Origin: Thermoproteota archaeon
Lineage (GTDB): Archaea; Thermoproteota; Nitrososphaeria_A; Caldarchaeales; Calditenuaceae
Direction of reading: 5' to 3'
Assembly: GCA_030550155.1 (NCBI GenBank)
Contig: JAUQPZ010000003.1
Coordinates: 22,916 to 86,915, forward strand
DNA: 64,000 bases
In this document: one piece after another, positions 9,260-19,537 of the stretch
Position numbering within the stretch: position 1 is the stretch's first letter
How the letters are laid out: each line of letters opens with the position of its first letter
Program-made: the position numbers and the translations under genes
The notes under the pieces: model-generated
The model's input: the letters and a program-made list of their open reading frames with translations, nothing else
Told to the model about the DNA's origin: nothing
Database searches by the model: none

Positions 9260-11914
9260 TTGCAGCGCGTTTATCTCTTTCACGAGGCTAAGGGACTGAC
9301 CAGATTCGAGCTCGGAGGAAAAGGATATGGTCTTGTGGAGATGACTGCTGCGGGGCTTCCGGTTCCACCAGGCTTCACGATACTAACCTCAGCGTGTAAA
9401 GAGTATTATGCCAACGGCGGTAAGATGCCGAGCGGGTTGCTGGACGAGGTCCGGGGAAAGCTGAAGAAACTCGAAGAGATAACAGGTAAAAGGTTTAACG
9501 ACGCTGAGAACCCTCTGCTTGTCTCGGTCAGGTCCGGCGCGCCCTACTCTATGCCCGGAATGATGGACACTATTCTTAATCTGGGTATGAATGACAAGGT
9601 CGTCGAGGTTTTAGCTAGGCTCACAGGGGACAGAAGGTTCGCCTACGACGCCTATCGACGCTTCATTCAGATGTTCGCCAGGATAGCTATGGGTGTAAAG
9701 GGGGAGTTCTTTGAGCAGGCCCTCGAAAGGGCGAGGCACAGGCTCGGCGTCAAACATGACTTCGAGATTCCGGCCGCGGAGCTCGAGAAGCTGGTTAAGG
9801 AATTCAAAGAGATTGTGAAGAGGGAGACCGGCAGGGAGTTTCCGCAAGACCCGTGGGAGCAGCTTACTATGGCTATAGAGGCGGTCTTCAAGTCATGGAA
9901 CAATCCGAGAGCTATAGAGTATCGACGCTACTACAAGATCTCAGACGAGCTGGGCACCGCGGTGAATGTCCAGCTTATGGTCTTCGGAAACATGGGGATG
10001 GACTCCGGCTCAGGCGTCGGCTTCACACGGAACCCATCCAACGGGGAGAAGAAGCTATACGGCGAGTACTTACCAAACTCTCAGGGAGAAGACGTTGTAG
10101 CAGGCATAAGGACCCCCGTTCCAATCGAGCGCGTTGAAGAGCCCATCTACAAGCAGCTGCTCGACATCGCAGACAGGCTTGAGAAATACTTCAAGGACAT
10201 GCAGGACTTTGAGTTCACTGTCGAGCGCGGAAAGCTCTACATGCTACAGACAAGGAACGGGAAGCGTACTGCACAGGCAGCAGTAAAGATTGCGGTTGAC
10301 ATGGTGAAGGAGGGGCTGATAACGAAGGAGGACGCGCTCGCCAGGATTGAGCCCAACGACTTAAACCAGTTGTTGCACAGGAGGCTTGACCCTAGCGCCA
10401 AGATCACTCCGATAGCGAAGGGCCTCAACGCTTCTCCGGGCGTCGCCACGGGAAAAGTGATCTTCGACACGGACGAGGCGGCTGAACTGGGTAACAAGGG
10501 TGAGAGGGTTATTCTTGTGAGGCCCGAGACCACTCCCGAGGACATTAAAGGAGTCATCGCGGCTCAGGGAGTGTTGACAAGCAGGGGAGGCATGACAAGC
10601 CATGCAGCTGTGGTAGCCAGAGGGATGGGGAAGCCCGCTGTCGTTGGCTGTGAGAGCATCAAGATATTCATGGATATGGGCTACTTCGTAACTGATAAGG
10701 GCCTCAGAGTTAACAAGGGCGAGGTTATTACAATAGACGGGACCACGGGCAGCGTAATTCTGGGAGAAGCGCCAACCATAGAGCCTGAGCTGACAGAAGA
10801 GTTCAGGCTCCTCCTGTCCTGGGCTAACGAGGTTAAGAGGCTCGGCGTCAGAGCTAATGCAGACACACCTGAGGCGGCGGCGAAGGCCAGGGAATTCGGT
10901 GCGGAGGGCATAGGATTATGCAGGACTGAGAGGATGTTCAACGCGCCAGACAGGCTGCCCATAGTTAGGGAGATGATAATGGCTGAGACCGAGGAGGAGA
11001 GAAGGAGGGCGCTCGAGAAGCTCTTCCCACTCCAGCTAGGCGACTTCGTCCAGATCTTCAAAATAATGAAGGGGCTCCCCGTGACCGTGAGGCTCCTCGA
11101 CCTCCCGCTTCACGAGTTCCTACCCTCCGAGGCCCAGCTCCTCGTAGAAATTCAAGAGTTAAGGTCTAGGGGTGCTCCTCAGAAAGAGATAGATGAGAAG
11201 GTCAAAGTCTTAAACAAAGTGCGCCAGCTACAGGAGCATAACCCGATGATAGGCCACAGGGGCTGCAGGCTTGCCGTAAGATATCCAGAGATATATGAGA
11301 TGCAGGTTAGGGCAATACTCTCCGCGGCGATAAGCGTCCTGAAGTCTGAGGGCGAGACAGTTCAAGTCCAGATAATGATTCCGCTCGTCTCAGAGGTGGC
11401 CGAGCTCGAGTATCTCAGAGGCATAATCGAAAAGACAGCGGAGAGGGTTTTCCAGGAGCAGAAAATCAGGATACCCTACAAGGTAGGGACTATGATCGAG
11501 ACGCCCCGAGCCGCACTGACCGCCAGCAAGATAGCCAAAGTAGCTGACTTCTTCTCGTTCGGAACTAACGACCTAACACAAACGACGTTCGGGTTTAGCA
11601 GAGACGATGTGGAGGCGAAGTTCATGGCAGACTACTTAGAAAAGAAGATCTTGAAGGAGAATCCCTTCGAGGTCCTTGACACGGAGGGCGTCGGCAGGCT
11701 TGTGAGGATCGGGACTGAGGAGGGTAAGGGAGCTAATGGTCATCTGGAGGTCGGTATCTGTGGAGAGCACGGCGGCGAGCCTAACAGCGTAAAGTTCTTC
11801 CACAATGCGGGGCTTGACTACGTCAGCTGCTCACCATACAGAATACCGGTAGCAAAGATAGCAGCGGCCCAAGCAGCGATAGCTGTGAAAGAGAAGGCCC
11901 CCATAACTGTATAA
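9260..11914 (+). CDS. ppdK: pyruvate, phosphate dikinase
   Basis: 884 aa on a TTG start. PPDK-type N-terminal nucleotide-binding domain (VYLFHEAKG...GGKGYGL), phospho-His domain GGMTSHAAVVARGMGKPAVVGC, and C-terminal PEP-utilising TIM barrel with GICGE. Confidence 0.9.
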   Translation: MQRVYLFHEAKGLTRFELGGKGYGLVEMTAAGLPVPPGFTILTSACKEYYANGGKMPSGLLDEVRGKLKKLEEITGKRFNDAENPLLVSVRSGAPYSMPGMMDTILNLGMNDKVVEVLARLTGDRRFAYDAYRRFIQMFARIAMGVKGEFFEQALERARHRLGVKHDFEIPAAELEKLVKEFKEIVKRETGREFPQDPWEQLTMAIEAVFKSWNNPRAIEYRRYYKISDELGTAVNVQLMVFGNMGMDSGSGVGFTRNPSNGEKKLYGEYLPNSQGEDVVAGIRTPVPIERVEEPIYKQLLDIADRLEKYFKDMQDFEFTVERGKLYMLQTRNGKRTAQAAVKIAVDMVKEGLITKEDALARIEPNDLNQLLHRRLDPSAKITPIAKGLNASPGVATGKVIFDTDEAAELGNKGERVILVRPETTPEDIKGVIAAQGVLTSRGGMTSHAAVVARGMGKPAVVGCESIKIFMDMGYFVTDKGLRVNKGEVITIDGTTGSVILGEAPTIEPELTEEFRLLLSWANEVKRLGVRANADTPEAAAKAREFGAEGIGLCRTERMFNAPDRLPIVREMIMAETEEERRRALEKLFPLQLGDFVQIFKIMKGLPVTVRLLDLPLHEFLPSEAQLLVEIQELRSRGAPQKEIDEKVKVLNKVRQLQEHNPMIGHRGCRLAVRYPEIYEMQVRAILSAAISVLKSEGETVQVQIMIPLVSEVAELEYLRGIIEKTAERVFQEQKIRIPYKVGTMIETPRAALTASKIAKVADFFSFGTNDLTQTTFGFSRDDVEAKFMADYLEKKILKENPFEVLDTEGVGRLVRIGTEEGKGANGHLEVGICGEHGGEPNSVKFFHNAGLDYVSCSPYRIPVAKIAAAQAAIAVKEKAPITV

Positions 11915-11941
11915 AACACGTCCTAATCAGCTGAGAATTTT

Positions 11942-12301
11942 CTAATATTTTGTCTGAGTCTTACTGTTGATTATCGCGAGGTGTGCAAATTCTGAGTCAG
12001 GTGCAGCGCCATGCCAGTGTCTCTCGCCCGCGGGTATCAGTATTATGTCCCCCTCACCGACTTCTTTCTCCTCAGACTCCGTGCCAACGTAGCCATGACC
12101 TTTGACAACAAAGAGTATCTGTTCATGGTCGTGAGTGTGGAGCCTCGTCCTCGCGCCCGGCGAGAAGGATACAAGGGCCGCGAGATACTCTTGGGAGCCG
12201 GTCTCTCCACTAATGAGAGTTGCGACCTCTACGTCTCCTACGAATAGGCCCCCCGACCTTCCCTCACCCTTAACACTGTCTCTACGGATAACTCTCATCA
12301 A
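11942..12301 (-). CDS. cupin-domain protein
   Basis: 119 aa. Two cupin motifs (HTHDHEQILFVVKGHG ... GDIILIPAGERHWHG). Confidence 0.75.
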   Translation of the reverse strand: MMRVIRRDSVKGEGRSGGLFVGDVEVATLISGETGSQEYLAALVSFSPGARTRLHTHDHEQILFVVKGHGYVGTESEEKEVGEGDIILIPAGERHWHGAAPDSEFAHLAIINSKTQTKY

Positions 12302-12326
12302 ATTTTACAGAATACTTCACCCAAAT

Positions 12327-12755
12327 CTAAAGCTTTCTCAGCTCGTCCTTTACTTTTTTAAATCCCGGTTTCACACCATTCAAACCGCTCTGCACGCCTC
12401 GAACCTCGCTCTGACCTATTACCCACTTTTCGCCCCAGCTCCTCAGATACTCCAAGAGCGGTGCAAGATCAATACCCATCTCAGTCAGCGAGTATCTAAC
12501 CGCGAAGGGCTGGACACTTATGACCTCCCTCCGCACCAGCCCAGCGGCCTGGAGAGACTTCAGCGTCCTTGACAGAGTCTTGGAATTGATTACACGTATG
12601 GCCCTCAATAGCTCGTTAAAACTCTTCGTATCATCTAGTAGATAGGTTATGACGACCAGCGACCACACACTCTTCAATAGTTTTGACGCCGCTACCACAG
12701 GGCAAACCGCTCCAGCATCGCCTCGGAAACTGCAATCCCGTTGCAGGTCGGCCAC
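12327..12755 (-). CDS. HxlR-family winged-helix transcriptional regulator
   Basis: 142 aa. HxlR-type HTH (CPVVAASKLLKSVWSLVVITYLL...FNELLRAIRVINSKTLSRTLKSLQAAGLVRR). Divergent from a DoxX gene, a common pairing. Confidence 0.8.
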   Translation of the reverse strand: MADLQRDCSFRGDAGAVCPVVAASKLLKSVWSLVVITYLLDDTKSFNELLRAIRVINSKTLSRTLKSLQAAGLVRREVISVQPFAVRYSLTEMGIDLAPLLEYLRSWGEKWVIGQSEVRGVQSGLNGVKPGFKKVKDELRKL

Positions 12756-12828
12756 CTAATGGCTTATGTGTCAGCTACTATTTAAAATAGTGTCGTTTCG
12801 CTATCTAGTAGCGTAAGGTGAGTTCCAA

Positions 12829-13305
12829 GTGGTTCTTCTCGGTTTCTTGGAGCCGCATATGGGCTTCGCGCTACTTATGCTCAGAGGAGCTTTGGGGCTT
12901 ATAATGGTCGTGCATGGCGCCCCCAAACTTTTTGGCCCGGCAAGGCCCCAGATGCGAGCCAGCATGAGTCAGATAGGTGTCCCGCCGCTACTCTTTGACT
13001 CGGTAGGGCTACTAGAGTTTCTGGGGGGAATATTCTTGATAGCAGGGTTTCTTACCAGGATTGTCGCCCTGCTCTTCGCCCTACAGATGATTGGGACCAT
13101 CATACTTTACGTATCCGTCTTGGGCAGGTGGGTTCCGCCGCCCGAGATAATGAGCCAGATGGTTGCCAACTCAAGAAGAGTCATGCGCGGATTTATCTCG
13201 GGTGTTGGCGGATGGGAGTTCGACCTGTTGATACTTTGTGTCTCGGTACTGCTGCTCACGACCGGCGCGGGGCCAATATCACTTGACGCGGCGATAAACA
13301 TCTGA
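12829..13305 (+). CDS. DoxX-family membrane protein
   Basis: 158 aa, four predicted TM helices with the DoxX-like pattern (GLLEFLGGIFLIAGFLTRIVALLFALQMIG). Confidence 0.75.
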   Translation: MVLLGFLEPHMGFALLMLRGALGLIMVVHGAPKLFGPARPQMRASMSQIGVPPLLFDSVGLLEFLGGIFLIAGFLTRIVALLFALQMIGTIILYVSVLGRWVPPPEIMSQMVANSRRVMRGFISGVGGWEFDLLILCVSVLLLTTGAGPISLDAAINI

Positions 13306-13397
13306 CGCCTCTAATACCACGCTTTTGTTGAAAACCCTCTCGGCAACCTAGCTGGCTCACAGAGCCTTCAGCCCTCTTTCACCCAAAGGTTGAGTAA

Positions 13398-13850
13398 TTA
13401 AAGGGGCTGAGAGTCCACTTTTTTCAGCTTTTCTATGTTTTCTCTCTCACTCTCATCTATCTTTTCGACGGAGAGCCATGCATCGATTATCTCTCGAGCA
13501 ACATCGGGCGTGGTGAGTCTTCCACTCATCGCAAGGATATTCGCATCGTTCCAAAGCCTCGCCCCTCGTGCAGTCTGAGCATCTAGACATAAGGCGGCCC
13601 TCACTCCCTTAACCTTGTTAGCGGCTATTGACACGCCTGTCCCAGTATAGCAGACCACAATACCCCAGTCCGCCTCACCTTCCGCCACCATTTTTCCGGC
13701 CTCCAAAGCCACATCCGGCCACGGCTCAACCTTCCCGCTCCTAAGCGCCCCCTTCTCAACGACTTCGAACCCTCTTGAAGCTAGGTATTTTGCGGCTTCC
13801 ACCGCCGCGGGATACTTGTCATCAGAGCCTATGACTACTCGCCGCCGCAT
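13398..13850 (-). CDS. rpiB: ribose-5-phosphate isomerase B (RpiB/LacAB family)
   Basis: 150 aa. RpiB signature ...GIVVCYTGTGVSIAANKVKGVRAALC... and matching size. Confidence 0.85.
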   Translation of the reverse strand: MRRRVVIGSDDKYPAAVEAAKYLASRGFEVVEKGALRSGKVEPWPDVALEAGKMVAEGEADWGIVVCYTGTGVSIAANKVKGVRAALCLDAQTARGARLWNDANILAMSGRLTTPDVAREIIDAWLSVEKIDESERENIEKLKKVDSQPL

Positions 13851-13861
13851 GTCCTTCGAGA

Positions 13862-14491
13862 ATGTATGTTAATACTGGCTTAAAGAATTTAGCCAACTGC
13901 TTACTGCGTCATGGTGTCCAAGCTCTTAGGTGGAGAGGCTTGGTATCGGGACGCATCGAGCCTCACAGATTTCGCCTCTACAAGGCCGAGCTTCTCGAGA
14001 AATTTAGCGGGGATGCTGGGAGGGTTTTGGATATAGGCTGCGGGTATAGAAGATATGAGAGATTTTGCAGGGGAAGCGAATATATCGGGCTCGATAAGGA
14101 CCTTAGCTTCAGGCCCACGGTGCAGTCCGTCGGCGAGAAGCTCCCCTTCAGAGACTCTTGTATCGACACGGTAATAATGTTTGACGTCGTAGAGCACTTA
14201 TCGGATGTGAAAGAGGCTCTGAGGGAGTGTGTCAGAGTTCTCAGAAAGGGAGGTAGTCTCGTAATCACAACACCAAACACGTGGGGATTCGGGTTCTACG
14301 ACAGTTTTGCCGACAGGACGCACCGCCACCACTTCAGCTGGGCTAGCTTAGAGAAGAGGCTGAGAGAGAGCGGCCTAGTGGTTGAGAAGCGAATACCCCT
14401 ACACCTACACATATTCTGGCCCTTACGACGCATCCATTCCAAGCTACTCATGCCTCTTCAGCAATCCATCTGCGTGGTGGCGAGAAGATGA
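13862..14491 (+). CDS. class I SAM-dependent methyltransferase
   Basis: 209 aa. Motif I VLDIGCGYRRY and downstream motifs of the Methyltransf_11/25 type. Confidence 0.7.
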   Translation: MYVNTGLKNLANCLLRHGVQALRWRGLVSGRIEPHRFRLYKAELLEKFSGDAGRVLDIGCGYRRYERFCRGSEYIGLDKDLSFRPTVQSVGEKLPFRDSCIDTVIMFDVVEHLSDVKEALRECVRVLRKGGSLVITTPNTWGFGFYDSFADRTHRHHFSWASLEKRLRESGLVVEKRIPLHLHIFWPLRRIHSKLLMPLQQSICVVARR

Positions 14492-15480
14492 GTAAGACTG
14501 CAAAACTACTTAGAAGATCACTCCTGGGGGTCGTCGTGAGTATAGGGATAACACTCCTCATAGTAGCTCTATTCAACGTCTCTATACACCGCCTACTCTC
14601 CATACCTATGCCAATTCTCTTATCCTCCATAGCTATCTGCATCTCGAGACTCGTTGCTCAGGGGCTGAGGTTCCACATACTCGTGAGATACTGCTCAAGC
14701 ATTAACATGAGATTTAGAGACTCCTTTATCGCCCGGGGCGCAAGCGAGTTTTTCGCATTGACTACAATACCTTTCGTCGCCGACGAGGCTGTTAGAACTT
14801 GGATATTGACTGAGAGGGGTGAGAAAGCTCTCACGGCTTTGTGGATAGCTTTTTCCGAGCTCTTTTTCGACGTTTTAATTGCGGCCCCAATATCCATCAT
14901 GGCGGGGGGAGCTGCCTTGATGCATAGAGAAGTTGGGATATCATCTGTCATACTGGCTATCTCTGTCTCGCAGATTTTGATGGTGTTGAGCATACTCTTA
15001 CTGGCTAGGCGCGTTGCGTGGAGCCTGCTGAAGTTGGTCGAGCCGCTCAGCCGGCTCTCCCCCTTCATCAAGAGAGTCTTCGACAGAACTCGTGAAGAGT
15101 TACCCATGATAGCCGATGCATCTCAGCTATTTACAGGCCGGCCGATCAGAGCAGTAATCCCCACAACCTTCGCTCTAACAATAGTCATCATGACCACGCC
15201 CGCCCTCATACTCTACATGGTCCACCTGAACTATTCAGAGCTCAATCTTCTCGACTCGCTATACGCCTTTCATGCAGGCAACACGCTAGGGGTCCTGCCC
15301 CTGACTGTCGGTGGCTCTGGCCTGACCGAGACAGGCATATACCTCTTTTCTGATCGCGTCTACGCCCGTGGCAACTGGGAGGCGGTGGTTATTTGGCGAG
15401 TACTGACTTATTATCTGACGCTATTGATGACAGGCGCCATCTTTGTGAATTACGTGCTTTGGCGTTCGAGAAGGAGCTGA
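14488..15480 (+). CDS. polytopic membrane protein (UPF0104 / lysylphosphatidylglycerol-synthase-TM-like)
   Basis: 330 aa with ~8 TM helices. Overlaps the preceding methyltransferase gene by 4 nt (ATGA), suggesting co-translation. Confidence 0.5.
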   Translation: MSKTAKLLRRSLLGVVVSIGITLLIVALFNVSIHRLLSIPMPILLSSIAICISRLVAQGLRFHILVRYCSSINMRFRDSFIARGASEFFALTTIPFVADEAVRTWILTERGEKALTALWIAFSELFFDVLIAAPISIMAGGAALMHREVGISSVILAISVSQILMVLSILLLARRVAWSLLKLVEPLSRLSPFIKRVFDRTREELPMIADASQLFTGRPIRAVIPTTFALTIVIMTTPALILYMVHLNYSELNLLDSLYAFHAGNTLGVLPLTVGGSGLTETGIYLFSDRVYARGNWEAVVIWRVLTYYLTLLMTGAIFVNYVLWRSRRS

Positions 15481-15483
15481 CCA

Positions 15484-16128
15484 CTAGGCCCGGCAGGCAT
15501 TCAAGGTGTTTAGAATCTTTTTGAGGTTTATCAATGTTGGCTGGGTTGTGTTTGAAGATTTCTGAGTGGGCGCACTTACTCCCTTAATGTATTTGTAGAG
15601 CCTGTGTTTCCTCGCATCTGAGCTCGACCAAGTGTCTAATGTCTCGACCGGCCGCCACCCCGGAATAGGGTAGTTATGCGTGACTATGATTGCTTCCTGA
15701 GGAGCTGTGAGGAGGACGTGCTCTATCCTTTTCAGGGCCTCGCTCGTGAGATAGGCCGTGACATGCGTTACCCCTTCGAGGCTGATCATCCTGATATCGG
15801 CGTTAAGGAAGGATACGCCCTCCAGCCCCAGTAGCCGCGTCTTTCTGTTCGAGATATCAACGAGTATGGGGTTGAGCTCAACGCCGATTGAGCGCGCGCC
15901 ATAACTCCTGTTAGACTCAATTGCCAGCCTCCCATCTCCCGACCCCAGGTCTACAACAACCGAGCTCTCCTCGACGTCGGCAAAATCTATCATCTTCCCG
16001 ACAATATCCCAGCCCGTCGGAACAAACGGGTCGAGCCTTGAATGCCCTCTTCTAGGCATCCGGAATAGAGGTGGTGTTAGCCTCCTCTTATTCTTATTTC
16101 GACTACGGAGGGTTCTGGGAGCTTGCAA
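15484..16128 (-). CDS. class I SAM-dependent methyltransferase with basic N-terminal tail
   Basis: 214 aa. Motif I VVDLGSGDGRLAIE, motif II-like VSFLNADI, and an Arg/Lys-rich N-terminus that suggests RNA binding. Confidence 0.65.
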   Translation of the reverse strand: MQAPRTLRSRNKNKRRLTPPLFRMPRRGHSRLDPFVPTGWDIVGKMIDFADVEESSVVVDLGSGDGRLAIESNRSYGARSIGVELNPILVDISNRKTRLLGLEGVSFLNADIRMISLEGVTHVTAYLTSEALKRIEHVLLTAPQEAIIVTHNYPIPGWRPVETLDTWSSSDARKHRLYKYIKGVSAPTQKSSNTTQPTLINLKKILNTLNACRA

Positions 16129-17985
16129 CTTATAAGCCCCGAGCTACTGGTAAAATTGGCCGGGTTGAGTAAGGAGAAAATAGCCCCCGACACCAGCATC
16201 CTAATCAACCAAGTATTGTCGGCTATGCTTGAACGCGGAGAGTTGGAAAATGTCGAGATAGTTATTCCCGTGGCCGCACTCGACGAGCTTCAGGCACAGG
16301 CTTCACGGGGCAGGATGGAGGGTATTGTGGGCTTAAGTGAGGTGAAGAAGCTGAGGGAGCTGGGCGTTTCCCGCGGAGTCGAGGTCAGGTTTGCTGGTGA
16401 GAGGCCGAGCCTCGAGGATATACGGCTCGCTAAAGGCGGGAGGATTGACGCCCTGATAAGGGATGTGGCGAGGAAGGAGAAAGCAACACTCTACACCTCA
16501 GACTATGTCCAATACCTAGTGGCTGAGGCTGAGAATGTCTCCGCAAAATACTTCAAGGTGGTTGAAAAAGAGAGGGAGCCGCCATTCCAGAAATACTTCA
16601 CGGATGACACGATGAGCCTTCACCTAAAGATCGGTGTCCCGCCTATGGCGAAGAGGGGGAGGCCGGGAAGTTTTAGGCTCGTTAAGCTGCGGGAAGAGCC
16701 GTTCACCAAGGAGGAGGCTGACGCAATGATCAACGATATAGCCTGGATTACGCAGCATAGTGAGGAGGCGTCTGTGGAGATTAATCGTAGCGGCGCTACA
16801 GTGATTCAGCTAGGCCAGTATCGCGTATCGATCACCAAACCGCCCTTCAGCGACGACGTAGAAATTACCGTGGTTAGGCCGATAGCAAGGCTTACAATAC
16901 AGGACTACAAGCTCTCCGAGAAACTCCTAAAGCGCCTCTCAAGCAGGGCCGAGGGTATATTGATAGCTGGGCCGCCAGGGTCTGGGAAAACGACCTTCGC
17001 CTCAAGCCTAGCAGAGTATTACTGGAGCCTAGGCAAGATTGTCAAAACTTTTGAGTCGCCTCGCGACCTCCAAGTTGGTCCGGAGATAACGCAGTTTGGC
17101 CCGCTGGAGGGCGACTTCGAGAAGAGCGCCGAGATTCTGCTGCTCATCAGACCCGATTTCACGATCTTCGATGAGATGAGGCGCTCCAGAGACTTTCAGG
17201 TCTATATAGACATGAGGCTGGCGGGGGTCGGTATGGTTGGGGTGATTCACGCAAGCGACCCGATAGACGCCATTCAGAGATTCATCTCGAAGACCGACCT
17301 CGGACTTCTGCCATACATCATCGACACCGTGATATTCATTAGAAATGGGGCCGTCGAGAAGGTCTACGAGCTTAGGCAGACTGTCCGAGTGCCAATGGGC
17401 ATGTCGGACCGAGACCTAGCCAGACCAATAGTTGAGGTGGTGGACTTGGAGGCATCGAGGCTCGAGTATGAGATCTACACTTTCGGCGAGCAAGTCACAG
17501 TTGTGAAGGTTCACGGCCGCGAGGGACAGCTTGTCAGCGTCGAGGAGGCTGTAAAGAGGCTCACGAGGGCTTTGAGAAAAGTTGCCAAGGATTTTGACGT
17601 CTCAGTCGAGGATGGGAAGATCGTTGTGAGCTGTGAGAGGGAGGATGTTGAGAGGCTTCTCAAACGCTACTCCGAGAGAATAAAGAGGCTTGAGAAGAGG
17701 TGGGGAGTTACGATCGAGGTGGTGCCTAGGCTTTTAGCGGTGGGGGAGGAGCTTGAATGCTCTGTTAACGAGGGGGGAGCCACGGTTGAGCTTCTGATCA
17801 ACGGCTCAAAGGAGGGTGAGCAGGTCGCTGTCTACGCCGGAGACAGCTTCATAACCATGGCCACGGTGGGGAAGGGGGGCAGAATTAGGATTTCGAAGAG
17901 GGGGGAAGGTGGGCAGAAACTAGTGAAGAGCATACTAAGTGGGTCAAGGGTTCGAGTCTTTAGAGTGGGCGGGATGGGGAGCTGA
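16123..17985 (+). CDS. PIN-domain / P-loop ATPase with KH domain (COG1855, 'PilT-family ATPase')
   Basis: 620 aa. N-terminal PIN-like domain, central Walker A LIAGPPGSGKTTFASSL with Walker B-like IFDEMR, and a C-terminal KH-like RNA-binding region. Confidence 0.8.
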   Translation: MQLISPELLVKLAGLSKEKIAPDTSILINQVLSAMLERGELENVEIVIPVAALDELQAQASRGRMEGIVGLSEVKKLRELGVSRGVEVRFAGERPSLEDIRLAKGGRIDALIRDVARKEKATLYTSDYVQYLVAEAENVSAKYFKVVEKEREPPFQKYFTDDTMSLHLKIGVPPMAKRGRPGSFRLVKLREEPFTKEEADAMINDIAWITQHSEEASVEINRSGATVIQLGQYRVSITKPPFSDDVEITVVRPIARLTIQDYKLSEKLLKRLSSRAEGILIAGPPGSGKTTFASSLAEYYWSLGKIVKTFESPRDLQVGPEITQFGPLEGDFEKSAEILLLIRPDFTIFDEMRRSRDFQVYIDMRLAGVGMVGVIHASDPIDAIQRFISKTDLGLLPYIIDTVIFIRNGAVEKVYELRQTVRVPMGMSDRDLARPIVEVVDLEASRLEYEIYTFGEQVTVVKVHGREGQLVSVEEAVKRLTRALRKVAKDFDVSVEDGKIVVSCEREDVERLLKRYSERIKRLEKRWGVTIEVVPRLLAVGEELECSVNEGGATVELLINGSKEGEQVAVYAGDSFITMATVGKGGRIRISKRGEGGQKLVKSILSGSRVRVFRVGGMGS

Positions 17986-18134
17986 ATGCTCTTTCAACTT
18001 GCGGCGAGGAGCAGTGGTTGGAGTCTCTTAGAAATAAATTTCTACTCGATATACCCTCATTCATCGAAACAACTCGTTAAGCTTGGAGAAGAAGTGTAGT
18101 GTGAGCATCCGTTGCCGGTCGGTGGTGAGAAGAG

Positions 18135-18416
18135 GTGCGCGGAGGAAAGGAGTATAGGTCGCGGCTCAGAATCTATGTGGATATTCTGGAGTCTGTGTCG
18201 TCTCAGGGAGCCGCTCGAGTGACAATAATCATGAGGGACGCAAACCTTCCCTATGACCGTGTAATGAAGTATCTAGACGAGCTGGTGAGCCGCGGCATGT
18301 TGGAGAGACGGGGTGAGGTCCAGCCTCTCTACTATCTAACGGAGAAGGGCTCAAAATTCATCGAGGAATTCAGAAAATTTGAGTCACTCGCGAGAGCCTT
18401 TGGACTAAAGCTTTAA
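18135..18416 (+). CDS. small winged-helix DNA-binding protein
   Basis: 93 aa. wHTH pattern (YDRVMKYLDELVSRGMLERRGEVQPLYYLTEKG). Confidence 0.55.
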   Translation: MRGGKEYRSRLRIYVDILESVSSQGAARVTIIMRDANLPYDRVMKYLDELVSRGMLERRGEVQPLYYLTEKGSKFIEEFRKFESLARAFGLKL

Positions 18417-18604
18417 GAGGCTGGCCAACAACAGCATGAGCCTGTAAAAGCGTATTTTCCGCATGTTTTGGTCTGGTGCCTGCTGAATATGCTTATATCC
18501 ACGACCCGCCTCTTTGAGGGTGGGTTTTAGTATTGTTGTCTCGGGGAGGCGACTCGGGGAATAAAAACATCCTCGGGAGCTTTCCGCAACAGTTCGAGAA
18601 CACC

Positions 18605-19537
18605 TTGGCTGGCCGAGACATTATTAGCTGCAGAGACTTTAACCGCGAGGATGTCGAGCTGGTCTTCGGGGTGGCGGAAGAGATTGAGTCTGGTGTAGCT
18701 GGGGTTGAAGACGCGCTTAGAGGGAAAAAAGTGGCCCTGATTTTCGCCGAGCCCTCCACCAGAACTTTTCAGAGCTTCTACGTGGCTGCGAAGTCGCTTG
18801 GAGCAGATGTAATCTCGATTCACGACCCCTCTATCTCATCGATGGCGAAGGGGGAGACGCTATATGATACCGTCAAGATGATCGAGGGATATGGCGTGGA
18901 CTGCATTGTTCTACGCCATCCCGCTAGGGGCTCTGCGAAATTTGTCGCTGAGTCTACGTCGATCCCGGTTATAAACGCGGGGAGTGGAAGCCAAGAGCAC
19001 CCGACTCAGGCGTTGCTCGACACCTTCACCATCAAGAAAAAACTTGGACGGGTTGACAACTTCTCCATGGGGATGCTCGGAGACTTGAGATTCTCAAGGA
19101 CTATTCCATCACTCTGCTACCTACTCTCAAAACACGACGGCGTCAGGATATTCTTTATGGCTCCCGAGCTGTTGCAGGTTAGGAGGGAGGTGGAGCTACA
19201 TCTCTCTCAGAGGGGGGTGGTGTTTAGGAAGGTCGTTAAGAGTGAAGAGATTAGAGAGATTATGCCTGAGCTTGATGTTCTCTACGTTACGCGAATCCAG
19301 AAAGAGAGATTTCCCGACCTTACCGAGTATGAGAAGGTGAAGGGCTCATACATAGTGGACATGAAGCTCCTCTCATATGGCAAGAAGGAGCTGGGCGTCA
19401 TGCATCCGCTTCCAAGAGTGGACGAGCTCTCACCTGAGGTCGACAGCCTGCCCAATGCATGGTATTTTGAACAGGCGAGGAACGGCCTCCCTATCCGAAA
19501 GGCTCTCTTATACCTCATCCTGGGTGGGGTTGCATGA
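18605..19537 (+). CDS. pyrB: aspartate carbamoyltransferase catalytic subunit
   Basis: Carbamoyl-phosphate binding STRTFQSF and the HPLP motif. The ORF track extends to 18533 (TTG), but homologues align from ...LAGRDIISCRDF, so the in-frame TTG at 18605 is the more likely start. Confidence 0.85.
   Translation: MAGRDIISCRDFNREDVELVFGVAEEIESGVAGVEDALRGKKVALIFAEPSTRTFQSFYVAAKSLGADVISIHDPSISSMAKGETLYDTVKMIEGYGVDCIVLRHPARGSAKFVAESTSIPVINAGSGSQEHPTQALLDTFTIKKKLGRVDNFSMGMLGDLRFSRTIPSLCYLLSKHDGVRIFFMAPELLQVRREVELHLSQRGVVFRKVVKSEEIREIMPELDVLYVTRIQKERFPDLTEYEKVKGSYIVDMKLLSYGKKELGVMHPLPRVDELSPEVDSLPNAWYFEQARNGLPIRKALLYLILGGVA

Noticed and set aside
9611-11061. Several 78-126 aa ORFs on the minus strand (9611..9847, 9667..9903, 10237..10557, 10361..10603, 10681..11061)
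   Set aside because: All are antisense to the well-supported ppdK gene, low-complexity Ser/Leu/Ala-rich, and typical of GC-rich antisense frames.
17945-17980. tRNA T-arm-like 'agggttcgagtc'
   Set aside because: Lies inside the C-terminal coding region of the 620-aa ATPase, with no acceptor-stem complementarity or anticodon arm, so it is coincidental.
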